A stretch of 64,000 nt of DNA from an uncultured bacterium (GCA_965366625.1 CBDUGP010000038.1:4239-68238); one strand, 5' to 3'. Counted from the stretch's first letter, positions 9,952-19,696 are shown. Notes: generated from the letters alone by a model not told the origin. Made by a program: numbers and translations.

Positions 9952-11679
9952 CTAGGTCGATTTGCCGGCCGCAATCAACTCGGCGATCTCTCTTTTTAGG
10001 TCGCGGGTGCGGTAGGGCTTCTTGAGGAAGCGTGTGTAGGGGTCGTCGGTGGTGCTGAAGCAAGCTTCGTTGCTGCTGAAGCCGCTCGACAGCAATACCG
10101 GTAGCCGGGGCCGGATTTCGCGCAGGCGAGCCAGGAGTTCATCGCCGGTCATCCGGGGCATGGTGATGTCGAGCAAGAGGGCGGCGTAGCGGTCCGGGTC
10201 CTGCTGCAGCACATCCCAACCTTCTTGGCCGTCCTCGGCCAAGTCGACCGAATAACCGGCCATTTTTAGGGTCGTTTGAGCGATGCCACGCACGGCCTCT
10301 TCGTCATCGATCACCAAGATCGTACCTTTGGCGGGAGAGGTGGGCTCGAATTCAATCGGCTCCATGTCGGAGGTGTCGGATTCAGCAGGTCTGGGAATCG
10401 GCAGAAGGACTCTGATGGCGGTGCCGCGACCCGGCTCGGTATCCACCATCATGAATCCGCCGTGACCGAAGATGATCCCTTGAACTGCGGCCAGACCGAG
10501 CCCTCGTCCGGTCAGCTTGGTGGTGAAGAAAGGGTCGAAGACCCGTGGCACGACCGAGGGTTCGATGCCACAGCCGTTGTCCCAAACTTCGACGAAGAGA
10601 TAGGTGCCGGTGCTCGGTTTGGTTTGGAAGATGGCGCGCTGCAAGTCCGGCGTGTCGATGTGGGCCACTCCGGTTTCCAGACGGATCCGCGGTTGCCGGC
10701 GCCTAGTGTTTGGGGCAGCGTCTTGGGACGTGGCGTTAGCGGATCCCGGGCCCAGGGCTTCGGTTGCATTGAGCAGCAGGTTGGTGATCACTTGCCGAAT
10801 TTGGGTTGGATCTCCCGACATGGTCGGCAGCCCGGCCGCACCGCTGACCTCCAGCTCGATCTGCGATTTTTGGATGGTTATGGCCCATTGCGCAACGTCT
10901 CGGGTCAAAGCGGAAAGGTCAATGCTCTCGCTGGTGTTTTTGCCCTTGCCGGCATAAGCGAGCAGATTGCGAACTAGGATCGCCGCGTAGTCTGCGGCAT
11001 TGGCGATTTCCTGCACGATCGGAGCAACTTGGGAATCTTCCGGCAGTTGGAGCTTGGCGACATCCACCAGTCCGAGAATCGCGGTCAGCACATTGTTGAA
11101 GTCGTGGGCCAAACCACCGGCGAGGATTCCCAAGCTTTCGTTTCTCTGGGTGCTGCGCAGCCGTTCCTTGAGGGCTCGACGTTCCTCCGCCGCCAAGTTT
11201 TCGACGGTTAAGTCATGGACGAGGGCGCTGAAGAGCCAGGGGCTGGGATCCTGGCCCTCGACGCTCTCCCGCTCGGCGAAGACAACGGTATGGCTGTCGA
11301 TAGCGCGGCCGTCCGTGGCAGTCCAGGTTAGGCTGAGTTCGGGATTCTTGGATGCGTCACGGCTGCTCGGGTCCGAGCCGTTCGAGGTCGGCTTTTGGCT
11401 AGCGGTAAAAGCGGTCAGGGCTGCGCGCAGATTTTCGAGGTCCTCTGCCGCCAACAGATCCTCGAGGTTCTTGCCCCGGGCATTGGCGGAGTCGAGGGCC
11501 ACCATGGTCAACCAAGCCCGATTGCCACTTCGAATGGTCAGATCCTGTTCGAATCGCACGACCCCTTCGCGGATTTGGTCGAGCAAGGCACGGGAAAACG
11601 ATACCTCTCCGCCTAGGCTCACTGCATTCGCCTGGGAAGGCATTGGCTGGGTATCGATGGTGGATGTTGGGCTCTTCAC
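9952..11679 (-). CDS. Hybrid sensor histidine kinase / response regulator (cytoplasmic sensor - HisKA - HATPase_c - REC)
   Basis: H-box 'LAGGLAHDFNNVLTAILG', HATPase 'GCGIEPSVVPRVFDPFFTTKLTGRGLGLAAV', receiver 'ILVIDDEEAVR...LLDITMPRMTGDEL'; GTG start. Confidence 0.85.
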   Translation of the reverse strand: MKSPTSTIDTQPMPSQANAVSLGGEVSFSRALLDQIREGVVRFEQDLTIRSGNRAWLTMVALDSANARGKNLEDLLAAEDLENLRAALTAFTASQKPTSNGSDPSSRDASKNPELSLTWTATDGRAIDSHTVVFAERESVEGQDPSPWLFSALVHDLTVENLAAEERRALKERLRSTQRNESLGILAGGLAHDFNNVLTAILGLVDVAKLQLPEDSQVAPIVQEIANAADYAAILVRNLLAYAGKGKNTSESIDLSALTRDVAQWAITIQKSQIELEVSGAAGLPTMSGDPTQIRQVITNLLLNATEALGPGSANATSQDAAPNTRRRQPRIRLETGVAHIDTPDLQRAIFQTKPSTGTYLFVEVWDNGCGIEPSVVPRVFDPFFTTKLTGRGLGLAAVQGIIFGHGGFMMVDTEPGRGTAIRVLLPIPRPAESDTSDMEPIEFEPTSPAKGTILVIDDEEAVRGIAQTTLKMAGYSVDLAEDGQEGWDVLQQDPDRYAALLLDITMPRMTGDELLARLREIRPRLPVLLSSGFSSNEACFSTTDDPYTRFLKKPYRTRDLKREIAELIAAGKST

Positions 11680-12031
11680 GATTTGCTCAGCTCAATGGGA
11701 GATAGGCTCGGAGCGAGCCGGTGCCCATATTGGGGTTCGACCTAAACGGGGGGGATTCTTTGGGTGCGTCGGGGGGCAGCGAGTTGAGACCGTTGTACCA
11801 GAGGTGGAGACAATCAACAAGGGGGGAGGCTCGCACCTGGCTCCTCAGATGACCCCACCAGCCGGCTCCATCAGATACGCATCTGCTTCAAATTCGTTAC
11901 CATTTGCTTCTTAGAGTAAGGCCTGGGCACCGTCTGCGTAAGTCTTAATCAAGGGGGTGGGCCGAGCCGGCAAACCCTCTCCACGATACACGCCACATGG
12001 ATAGATACGCGCTCGAAAAGGAAAAAACGCC

Positions 12032-13750
12032 ATGAGCTTTGATTTGGACTCCTCAGACCCAGATTCTCGCAAGACTGCCGGCATACGTTGGTGGCCCGGT
12101 TTGTTAGTGGGTCTACTGACCCTGGGAGCCTTGATCCGCGCCCATCTCGGGGAAGCGACCGACCATCAACAACTTTTTCTCAAAACGGTCACTTTCTTGG
12201 CGCTGGGTGGGTTCGGTCTGCTGCTGTGGCTCCTGCTGCTGTCCCGACTTCCGGGTCGGGTCAGGCTCAGAATCCTCATGGCAACCATCGTAGTGGTCGG
12301 CGGGTTCGTGGGCCTCTTCAAAATTAAAGGAGTGTCTGGAAACTTAGTGCCGATCCTGGAATTCCGTTGGGCCGGCGAATCTACCTACGAGGAAGTCCGA
12401 GGCCGAGCTCCTGCGGAAGTCTCCCCGGATGACTTTCCACAATTCATGGGCCCCAACCGCGACGGAATCATAAGCGAGGCCCGCCTGGCGCGGGACTGGC
12501 AGAGGCAACCTCCCAAGGAGCTGTGGCGAATCGAGGTCGGCGAGGCTTGGTCCGGTTTCGCAGTGGTCGGCAATGCCGCGGTGACGTTGGAGCAGCAGGG
12601 TGAGGTGGAGGTGGTGTCGCGCTACGATCTCGCTACCGGCGAGGTGGTTTGGACCCAGGGCATTCCGGCCAAATTCGAAACCGTCATCGGCGGAAACGGG
12701 CCGCGGTCGACCCCGACGATCCACCGCGGCACGGTCTTTGCTTTTGGCACGCTCGGGGATCTGCGAGCCCTGGACCTCAGTTCGGGAGAGCTGAAGTGGC
12801 ATCGCCGGTTGCAGGACGATCACGGCGCCAAGGCGCCGGATTGGGGCTTCACGTCTTCCCCACTGATCGTCGAACGCCTACAAGAAGAAAGCGATCTGGT
12901 GGTCGTGTCTACCGGCACCGACGGAAAGTCCTTGGTGGCCTACGACGCAAACTCCGGAGAGCCGGTCTGGGCAGGAGGCGACGATCGGGTGGGCTACTCG
13001 TCTCCTTCGCTTCATGAGCTTGGGGGCGTTCCCCAAATCGTAATTTTCAATGGAACCACCGTGGCTTCCCACTCCTCCACCGACGGCCGAGTCTTGTGGT
13101 CCCTCGATTGGCCGGGTGACCATCCCCATGTGGCACAGCCCGTAGCGTTGCCGGGCGATCGATTGCTGATCTCGAGCGGATATGGTCACGGCTCCAAGCT
13201 GATTCGAGTTTCTCGGCAAGTTTCGGAGGCCCAAGGGACGGACTCAAATGAAACCGGTTCTGGTGAGCCCCAGACCCTGGAGTCCGGGGATTCAGAAGCT
13301 GCCGAAAAGGATTCCGAGTCGTCAGTGACTGAGTCTTCAGAGACTGGGTCTTCAGAGACCGAGGGTGAGACCACCGTTTGGTCCGTGGAAGAGCTTTGGG
13401 AGAGCCGCGGGCTCAAGGCAAAATTCGCCAATTTCGTGAGCTTCGAGGATCGGATTTATGGCCTGGATGACGGGATCTTGGTCTGCCTCGACCCGGAAAC
13501 CGGCAAGAGGTGTTGGAAACGGGGTCGATATGGTCATGGCCAAATGCTGCTCGCCGGCGATTTACTGTTGGTGCAAACGGAAAAGGGCGAACTCAAGCTG
13601 ATCGAGCCCAATCCCGACGAGCTGCGCGAGCTGGCTGAGCTGAAGGTCTTGGACGGCAAGAGTTGGAACACCATGGCGCTGTCCGGCAATCGTTTGCTCT
13701 TGCGCAACGCCGAGCAGGCGGTTTGTTTGGAGCTGCCCCAAGCCGAGTGA
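12032..13750 (+). CDS. PQQ-like beta-propeller repeat protein (BamB/outer-membrane-associated type) with N-terminal TM anchor and an acidic Ser/Glu-rich insertion
   Basis: Repeated 'G.VVW...' / 'GELKWH' propeller blades, 'DGRVLWS', 'GKRCWK'; AAAGGA RBS. Confidence 0.75.
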   Translation: MSFDLDSSDPDSRKTAGIRWWPGLLVGLLTLGALIRAHLGEATDHQQLFLKTVTFLALGGFGLLLWLLLLSRLPGRVRLRILMATIVVVGGFVGLFKIKGVSGNLVPILEFRWAGESTYEEVRGRAPAEVSPDDFPQFMGPNRDGIISEARLARDWQRQPPKELWRIEVGEAWSGFAVVGNAAVTLEQQGEVEVVSRYDLATGEVVWTQGIPAKFETVIGGNGPRSTPTIHRGTVFAFGTLGDLRALDLSSGELKWHRRLQDDHGAKAPDWGFTSSPLIVERLQEESDLVVVSTGTDGKSLVAYDANSGEPVWAGGDDRVGYSSPSLHELGGVPQIVIFNGTTVASHSSTDGRVLWSLDWPGDHPHVAQPVALPGDRLLISSGYGHGSKLIRVSRQVSEAQGTDSNETGSGEPQTLESGDSEAAEKDSESSVTESSETGSSETEGETTVWSVEELWESRGLKAKFANFVSFEDRIYGLDDGILVCLDPETGKRCWKRGRYGHGQMLLAGDLLLVQTEKGELKLIEPNPDELRELAELKVLDGKSWNTMALSGNRLLLRNAEQAVCLELPQAE

Positions 13751-13759
13751 GGGCATCCA

Positions 13760-16324
13760 TCAAAGCTTGGCGCCGGCGGGACCCAGATTGGGTACCACCC
13801 GTTGGGTCAACAAATGGCGAATTTGGCTGACGCTGCTGGTGGTCATGAGCTGCTGGAGCTCCTGGCCGTCCAAGCCGGCATAGGTCGAGGAGCCGTCGAA
13901 GGTCTTGAGCAAAGTCGACTTGAGGTCGGCTAAGGTTTCATGCAGGGATTGGTATTCCTGCTCCAGGTGCTGCCGAGCCGCTTCCTCTCCCAGCTCTTCG
14001 ACTAAGCCGACCTGGATTTCCCTCAGGTACACGTTGTCGGGGTGGTTGAGCTGGTGATCGAGGCAAATCAGCTCGAAGGGGCTGCTGTCCTCGGCCTCCT
14101 GGATCCAAGAAACCAACCGGCGAGCGGCGCCGCCGAAGCTCGAAAGCACGAAGACCGGTTTACCTGCGCGGTGCATTTGGCAGATCCCCTCCAACACCCC
14201 GGAGGCGAACCCGCTCCAGCCGTAGGGCTTCCCACCCAAAGCCACCATGGCTTCGGAGTCTTCGGCGATCCTGCGGCGCATGGCGCTCAAGCTCCGGCCT
14301 CGCCAGAGGGCTCGTTGCGATTCAGTCATCTGATCTTGGGACTCGCCTTCGGATAGGTCTTCGGCGCGCACGTCATGGAAAGTGCAAAGACCGTGCAGGT
14401 CGGCGCGGGTGGCGGTGTCGGTGCTCTGGTAGAAATCCCAGGCTTGATAACTGTGGACGAAGGTCTCCGGTTGAGCTTCCGACCGATGGGAGACTTCATG
14501 GCTACCGGAGAACATCATGCCGGCCGCGTCGAGCACCGAGACCAAAAATTCCCGGGTTTGGGTGCGCAACAACACACCCCCGTATGAGAGCCGGGCCCGG
14601 GCTCCGATCAAAGCAGTGGCAAGCCGATACACGGCATCGTCGAGGTGCTCGGGGCCATAACCCAGGGCATAGAGTTCGTCGAGCTCCGGATCACCGACAG
14701 AAAGGGCGACCATCGGAGCACGGTCCAGCTGAAGCTCATCGAATTCCGGATCTTTGCGCAGGGAAGTCGGCTGGTGGTCGGGGTTGCGAAATTCCATCGC
14801 CAGCTCTTCCACCGACATGAATTGAACGGATTCTCCCCAATAATTTTGTAGGCGCAGCTCGTCACTTTGGGCCAGACCGTGACCGGGGTAGATCACCAAG
14901 GACCTATCCAGGGGACTCCGAGTTTTGGCCTTGCCGTCGCTCTCTTGGGGTTTTCGAGCGGGATAGGCCCATTCCATCAGGGTATAGGGATCGGGAACCC
15001 AGGTTAGGAAGTGGACCTCCAGCTCTTCTCCATCCGCAGCCTGCCGATGGCGTCCCGTGTGTCGGGCCAACAGGAGGGCATGGCGAGCCTGAATCTCCGC
15101 CCGCAGGGCTTCCAACATGACTCGGTCGAGGATCTCGGCGATGGCCTCCGGATCGTCTCGCCAACGGACGATCGGCGTGCCAGACATCTCCGGCAGCAGC
15201 CGGCTCCAACCCTGGCCCAGGGTGTCGACAATGACTGTCGGCTGGATCCACCAAATGCAATCCAACGCCCAGGCCTCTCCGGCAGTCGACCGATTCGGCG
15301 GACTCTGCTCGGGGCCGCCCGGCTCGGGGCGAAACACGGTGCTGATCTTTCGAGGATGCCTTGCCCGGCGGATTTCCTCCCGGCACCAATACCTAGACGC
15401 GTAGAGATCCCCGAAGATGGCGATGAACGCGGCCGTGCGCTCGCCGGCTGCCGACACCATGGGATCTTGCCAATGGGCGCCCCAATCCAAATCGGTGGTG
15501 TCGAAAAAGGTGTCGATCTGCCCTTGATTGAGGGCCTCCGCGCGGATTTTTTCCGCCACGCCGACACCGCTTTCACGGTCCCCCTTGGCATGGCTCAAGA
15601 AAACGGACCTGGGCAGGAGATCCGCCCTGAGAGGGTCCCGGCGCAGGCGCAGCTCGCGTACCAAGGTTTGAACCAGGAAGCGACGAATCCGTTGGGCACG
15701 ACGATCCCGGCGGCGCAGTGCGGCTTGTTCGGGATCCACTCCCCGATCGTCGTCGTCCCAGCGGTCGACGCGCACCGCATTGATGGCGCTGATCACGGGG
15801 GCCAGGCGCGAGATGCTCGAGTGGAGCTGGACCGGGATCAGCAACACCCGGCCGCCGGCTTGCCGGGGTCGTGTTGGCGGGCCACCGCTGTCGTCTTGCG
15901 GCAAGCTCTGGCGATGGAGCTTGCCGACGCCGTAAAGCCAACCGCGCCAATCCCCATCGTTGACCATGTGCTCGTCGACCAAGGGTATGACCACATTGAT
16001 CTCGGCATGCTCGAATTGAATCGGACGATGCGGGCTCTCCCAGTCGGACTGGTTTCCGGGCTCGTCCTGCTCGCGGCTTTCGGCGCCGCCGTAGGTCTCA
16101 TGGATCTTCGAGGAATAGCGGGGTGTCAAGGGGCCGCAGCGATAGTAGACCGGCACCCCGGCTCCCGACCGCTCCACCGCCGTGCTGGGTTTTCGGAACC
16201 AATCGTAGACGGCCTTGGCTAAGTGAGCACCGTCCGTACAGTCGGGATGCCAGGCTACGTAGATGGTCAAGGGGCCGGTGGGACCGGGACCTCGGTGCTT
16301 TTTGTTCGCCATTCGCTTGTTCAC
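13760..16324 (-). CDS. TIR-like + TIR domain protein with ~480-aa uncharacterised C-terminal region (candidate defence/NADase protein)
   Basis: aa ~20-130 'LTIYVAWHPDCTDGAHLAKAVYDWF...INVVIPLVDEHMVNDGDWRGWLYGV' (TIR-like pattern); aa ~235-320 'VFLSHAKGDRESGVGVAEKIRAEALNQGQIDTFFDTTDLDWGAHW...AAFIAIFGDLYASRYWCREEI' (canonical TIR betaA/alphaA and S.WC.EE alphaC with glutamates); C-terminal Gly-rich patches 'LSYGG', 'LGGKPYGWSG', 'VLSSFGGAARRL'; GTG at 16324 or ATG at 16312. Confidence 0.8.
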   Translation of the reverse strand: MNKRMANKKHRGPGPTGPLTIYVAWHPDCTDGAHLAKAVYDWFRKPSTAVERSGAGVPVYYRCGPLTPRYSSKIHETYGGAESREQDEPGNQSDWESPHRPIQFEHAEINVVIPLVDEHMVNDGDWRGWLYGVGKLHRQSLPQDDSGGPPTRPRQAGGRVLLIPVQLHSSISRLAPVISAINAVRVDRWDDDDRGVDPEQAALRRRDRRAQRIRRFLVQTLVRELRLRRDPLRADLLPRSVFLSHAKGDRESGVGVAEKIRAEALNQGQIDTFFDTTDLDWGAHWQDPMVSAAGERTAAFIAIFGDLYASRYWCREEIRRARHPRKISTVFRPEPGGPEQSPPNRSTAGEAWALDCIWWIQPTVIVDTLGQGWSRLLPEMSGTPIVRWRDDPEAIAEILDRVMLEALRAEIQARHALLLARHTGRHRQAADGEELEVHFLTWVPDPYTLMEWAYPARKPQESDGKAKTRSPLDRSLVIYPGHGLAQSDELRLQNYWGESVQFMSVEELAMEFRNPDHQPTSLRKDPEFDELQLDRAPMVALSVGDPELDELYALGYGPEHLDDAVYRLATALIGARARLSYGGVLLRTQTREFLVSVLDAAGMMFSGSHEVSHRSEAQPETFVHSYQAWDFYQSTDTATRADLHGLCTFHDVRAEDLSEGESQDQMTESQRALWRGRSLSAMRRRIAEDSEAMVALGGKPYGWSGFASGVLEGICQMHRAGKPVFVLSSFGGAARRLVSWIQEAEDSSPFELICLDHQLNHPDNVYLREIQVGLVEELGEEAARQHLEQEYQSLHETLADLKSTLLKTFDGSSTYAGLDGQELQQLMTTSSVSQIRHLLTQRVVPNLGPAGAKL

Positions 16325-16372
16325 CCTTGTGGTCGGAAGGAAGACTGCTCTCGATGGGTTTGATGGGTTGGT

Positions 16373-17527
16373 TCATCGTTTGCCGGCAAAAACCTGAACC
16401 CAAAGAATCTTGAAGTCGCCGTCCTTTTCGCCCAGGGCCATGCCAGTGCCGATTTCCCTCAATTTTCGGTGGAGGATGTTGGCGCGGTGTCCCGGGCTGG
16501 CCATCCAGCCCTCCATCACCTGTTCCACTCCGGTTTGGCCGCTACCCAAATTCTCGGCAACCCGAGGCGGTTCATAGCCGATTCTGTTTACCCGATCCCG
16601 GACCGATTTTCCTTCGGGAGAGGTATGGCCATAAAAACCACGTTCGAGCATATCTTCTGCGTATTTTTGAGCCACGCGATCCAACGCAGGGTGGCTATCG
16701 AGAGGGCGTAGGCGCAGCTTGCGTCGCTCTTGATTGACGAGAGTTAGAACCTGTTCGCGTACTTTTGAGAGATCGCTCAGAGGTCGAGTGGCGTCTAAAT
16801 AGTAGGCGACCCTGGAGGTGGCCGCGATGAGGTAGTAGAACCTGAGGCGCCCGAAGTCGGCGCTGCCGATGCCGAGATGTTGCAGACTCGGGTTGTGGAG
16901 ATTGTCAAAGGTGTGACGTGCACGGACCATCCATGAGTCGACCCATGGCCCCGGCTCACCGGCTCCACCGGCGTAATAGGTGGTGGTGATTTCGAAGTAG
17001 ATATAACCGCGCGCTTCGAGCAAGGCGGCAGCTCGGTCCGCGGACAGGTCGACCCCCAACCAACTGCCCGAGCGGACCACCTCATCGGCAAAGGTCTGAG
17101 CCACTGCTTGGACGTCGGGGTGGCGAAGGAAAGGCTGCAAGCCGAGCGCGATCCGTTCGTTCTGGATTCGTTGCGCCAAATAGGCCGAGATGGGATCGGA
17201 ATCCGCGACCCTAGGAGAGGCAGGTTCGGCGTCGGTCTCTACGTTGGTCTCTACGTTGGTCTCTACGTCGGTCTCTACGTCGGTCTTGAAGTCGGTTCCT
17301 TGACCCAACGAAACCGCCGCCGTCGTTGAGCAAAACCAAAGAAGGCAGATGGCTGCCGCTCGCAACCATCTGCCTTCTACTGGGGACCTAGCAGTCTCGG
17401 ACTTAGCAGTCTCGGACCTAGCAGTCTCGACCGCGTTCGCGTTGACCACTACCGAGCCGGCCACGGACCGTGGGCGTTCATTGGGCGGTCTTCTCCACCG
17501 CACGGAGGTCGGCTGGGATCCGTTCAC
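16373..17527 (-). CDS. Secreted CAP/SCP (PR-1/YkwD-like) domain protein, two CAP-like modules, with VETD/VETN and ETAKS peptide repeats
   Basis: C-terminal 'YGHTSPEGKSVRDRV...GENLGSGQTGVEQVMEGWMASPGHRANIL' CAP signature; signal peptide 'RWLRAAAICLLWFCSTTAAVSLG' only at aa 53, so start may be an internal TTG (~17362). Confidence 0.75.
   Translation of the reverse strand: MNGSQPTSVRWRRPPNERPRSVAGSVVVNANAVETARSETAKSETARSPVEGRWLRAAAICLLWFCSTTAAVSLGQGTDFKTDVETDVETNVETNVETDAEPASPRVADSDPISAYLAQRIQNERIALGLQPFLRHPDVQAVAQTFADEVVRSGSWLGVDLSADRAAALLEARGYIYFEITTTYYAGGAGEPGPWVDSWMVRARHTFDNLHNPSLQHLGIGSADFGRLRFYYLIAATSRVAYYLDATRPLSDLSKVREQVLTLVNQERRKLRLRPLDSHPALDRVAQKYAEDMLERGFYGHTSPEGKSVRDRVNRIGYEPPRVAENLGSGQTGVEQVMEGWMASPGHRANILHRKLREIGTGMALGEKDGDFKILWVQVFAGKR
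17234..17293. repeat. 12-bp tandem repeat ggtctctacgtt x5 inside CAP gene (encodes VETD/VETN x4)
   Basis: Visible in sequence. Confidence 0.9.
17387..17431. repeat. 15-bp tandem repeat cctagcagtctcgga x3 in CAP gene 5' region (encodes ETAKS/ETARS repeats, or lies in the leader if the internal start is used)
   Basis: Visible in sequence. Confidence 0.9.
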
Positions 17528-18965
17528 TCGTAGGTGATAAATCCAGGGTTCATGATGCCGTCGGGGTCAAAGGTCTTCTTCGCTGCCTTGAATCTTTCCC
17601 AGGTCTCGGTGCCGAAGTGGTTCTCCCAATCCTCGGGGGTGTTGAAGGTGATGTACCCCGACAAGTAACGCTTGCCGCCGTAGCCGATGGAAAGCTTGCT
17701 GACCATGTCGAGGTTTTCGAGCGCCATGTCGAGAAATTGAGGCGGAACCGCCGGCAAGATGCCCCAACCCATGACGAAATCTCCGCCCGGATGTTTGAAG
17801 AAAGGCACGTCGGAAGTATCACCACGGGAGGGCCAGAGCAGGATGTGTCCCGCCGGGCCCAGGCTTTGGGGCGGCAAGTTGTCGAGCGCGAATTCGATGA
17901 ACTCTTGGGCTTTGTCCCACGGCAATACGGATTCCATCCAAGGGTGGGCCATTTGCCAATTGCCGGAGTTGTGCCAGATCTCGAAGACCGGCTCTAGTCG
18001 ACGACAGAATTCTTCTTGGGTGTATTCGTCGGTTTGCAGGTGGCGATGGAAGTTGAGGTCCTTGAGCAGCTCTTCGTCGTTCGGCTCCTCTCCTTCCTCG
18101 TACTCCACGGTCAAGAACATGGGGTAGGTCCAATAGGCGTAGAGCTGAGCACCCTCCCTCAATTTCAAGCCGTCACCGATTCGTTTCATGAAGATCGGGC
18201 ACGGGGCACAGCGGGACTCGAGGGTGTGGAAGCGGGTGTCGTTCGGATCCATGACGCTTTCTGCGTCTTTCATGAACACACCGAGGTCGTCGTAGAGCAG
18301 GTGGTACATGCGGATCTTCTGCAGCGGCGCAGCTTGGTTTTCACCCGGGTGATGATGCCGAATTGGCTGAGCCCGGAGCGTACGCTGTTGAATAGGTCGG
18401 CATTCTCTTCCCGCGAGCAAGTGACGATGTCACCGGCTCCGGTGACCACCTCAAGTTCGATGGCGCTGTCGGCTTGGGTGCCGTATTTGTAGGAAGCGAC
18501 ACCGAGACCTGCCACTGAAGTGGTTCCGGCAATACTCACCCCGAGATTGTTGGTGAGCACCGGGGGCACAAAACCCATCGGCACGACTTTGACCACCAGA
18601 TCGTGCCAAACCACCCCACCGTCACAATCGGCGTAAAGTTCATCTTCGTTGATGCTGTGGATGGTTTGCATGGCGCTGGTATCGACCACCACACCGCCGT
18701 TGGTGGTGCTTTGCCCGGTCTGGGTATGGCCTTGGCCACGGGCCACGATCGGAACCTTGAATTTTCGGCAGTAGCGAATCACCTCTGCGACTTCTGCGGC
18801 GTTGGTGCAACGGGCGATGGCGCCGGGGGTTTGGAAGACCACCTTGCCGAAGTCGGTCTCAAATTTTGAGCGCTCGTCTGCACGTAAATCGATACGGTCG
18901 CCGAATGCCTCGGCAAGTCCTTGGATAGCTTTCGACAAAGCCTCTCCTTCGGCCATGGAACTCAT
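17524..18965 (-). pseudogene. Cytokinin dehydrogenase-like FAD-linked oxidase split by a 1-nt frameshift near 18328-18335 (pseudogene or sequencing error)
   Basis: ORF 18270-18965 = FAD_binding_4 (PCMH) domain 'VPIVARGQGHTQTGQSTTNGGVVVD...GIITRVKTKL' then junk; ORF 17524-18420 in another frame resumes 'AAPLQKIRMYHLLYDDLGVF...KRYLSGYITFNTPEDWENHFG...FDPDGIMNPG' = CKX cytokinin-binding C-terminus. Confidence 0.6.
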
Positions 18966-19128
18966 ATTTCTTCCTTTTCAGTAGGGTATTCGTTGCTGGA
19001 GCTCGGATGCTCAATCTGGGTGGGAGAACCGTCGACGGGCCGTTGAGCAGCTAGGGTGGCTCTCTGGGCTCTCTTCGTGGGATCGCTGGATTCGGTTTCG
19101 GGCGGCGGGGCCATATCTCGCCGGACCT

Positions 19129-19479
19129 TTAAGGGGCCGCGGAGCCTTCCGCGTGCAGGGCAGCGTCGAGATCGGGATAGGTCGGAAAGAGTCCGTCGAT
19201 CTGGGCGACCTTGAGCAGCTTGCAGATGCGATCCGAAGGTGAAACCAGGATCAGCTTTCGGTCGCGCTCGGCGAAGCGGGAAAGGTATCCCACCAGCTCG
19301 CCGATTCCCGTCGAATCGATGTAGTTGATCTTCGACAGATCCAAGAGCACATGCCCTTCATCTCTTTCTAAGGTTCGTTCTAGGCTCTGAACCAAAAACT
19401 CGGCGCTTTGGCCGAGCTTAATGATGCCTTCCACGCTCAAGAGCACCATCTCGTCCACTCGTCGCTTGTCGATGATCAC
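19129..19479 (-). CDS. STAS-domain anti-sigma-factor antagonist (SpoIIAA-like)
   Basis: 'LDLSKINYIDSTGIGELV' with conserved phosphorylatable Ser/Thr context; 116 aa. Confidence 0.85.
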   Translation of the reverse strand: MIIDKRRVDEMVLLSVEGIIKLGQSAEFLVQSLERTLERDEGHVLLDLSKINYIDSTGIGELVGYLSRFAERDRKLILVSPSDRICKLLKVAQIDGLFPTYPDLDAALHAEGSAAP

Positions 19480-19696
19480 GTCGAGGATCGTCCATTTGAG
19501 AAAAAAAGTCGTCGGAGCGCCCGAACTCTTCTGCGGTTGGGCTCGGTCGGTCCGGGGCTTCCAGGAAACGCCGCAACTCTAACATAATCCCTTGTCCTAG
19601 AAGGCTGGGCCGGTCTGCTCTATCCAGGCCCTAATGGAGGACGAGGTGTAAGGCACAGAGGTCTCTCCGAAGTGCTTGCCGGTATAAGATGCCTCC

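Noticed and set aside
15011-16222. 403-aa plus-strand ORF (and several 60-200-aa ORFs) overlapping the TIR gene
   Set aside because: Antisense to an ORF with clear TIR motifs; Pro/Arg/Gly-rich translation typical of spurious high-GC ORFs
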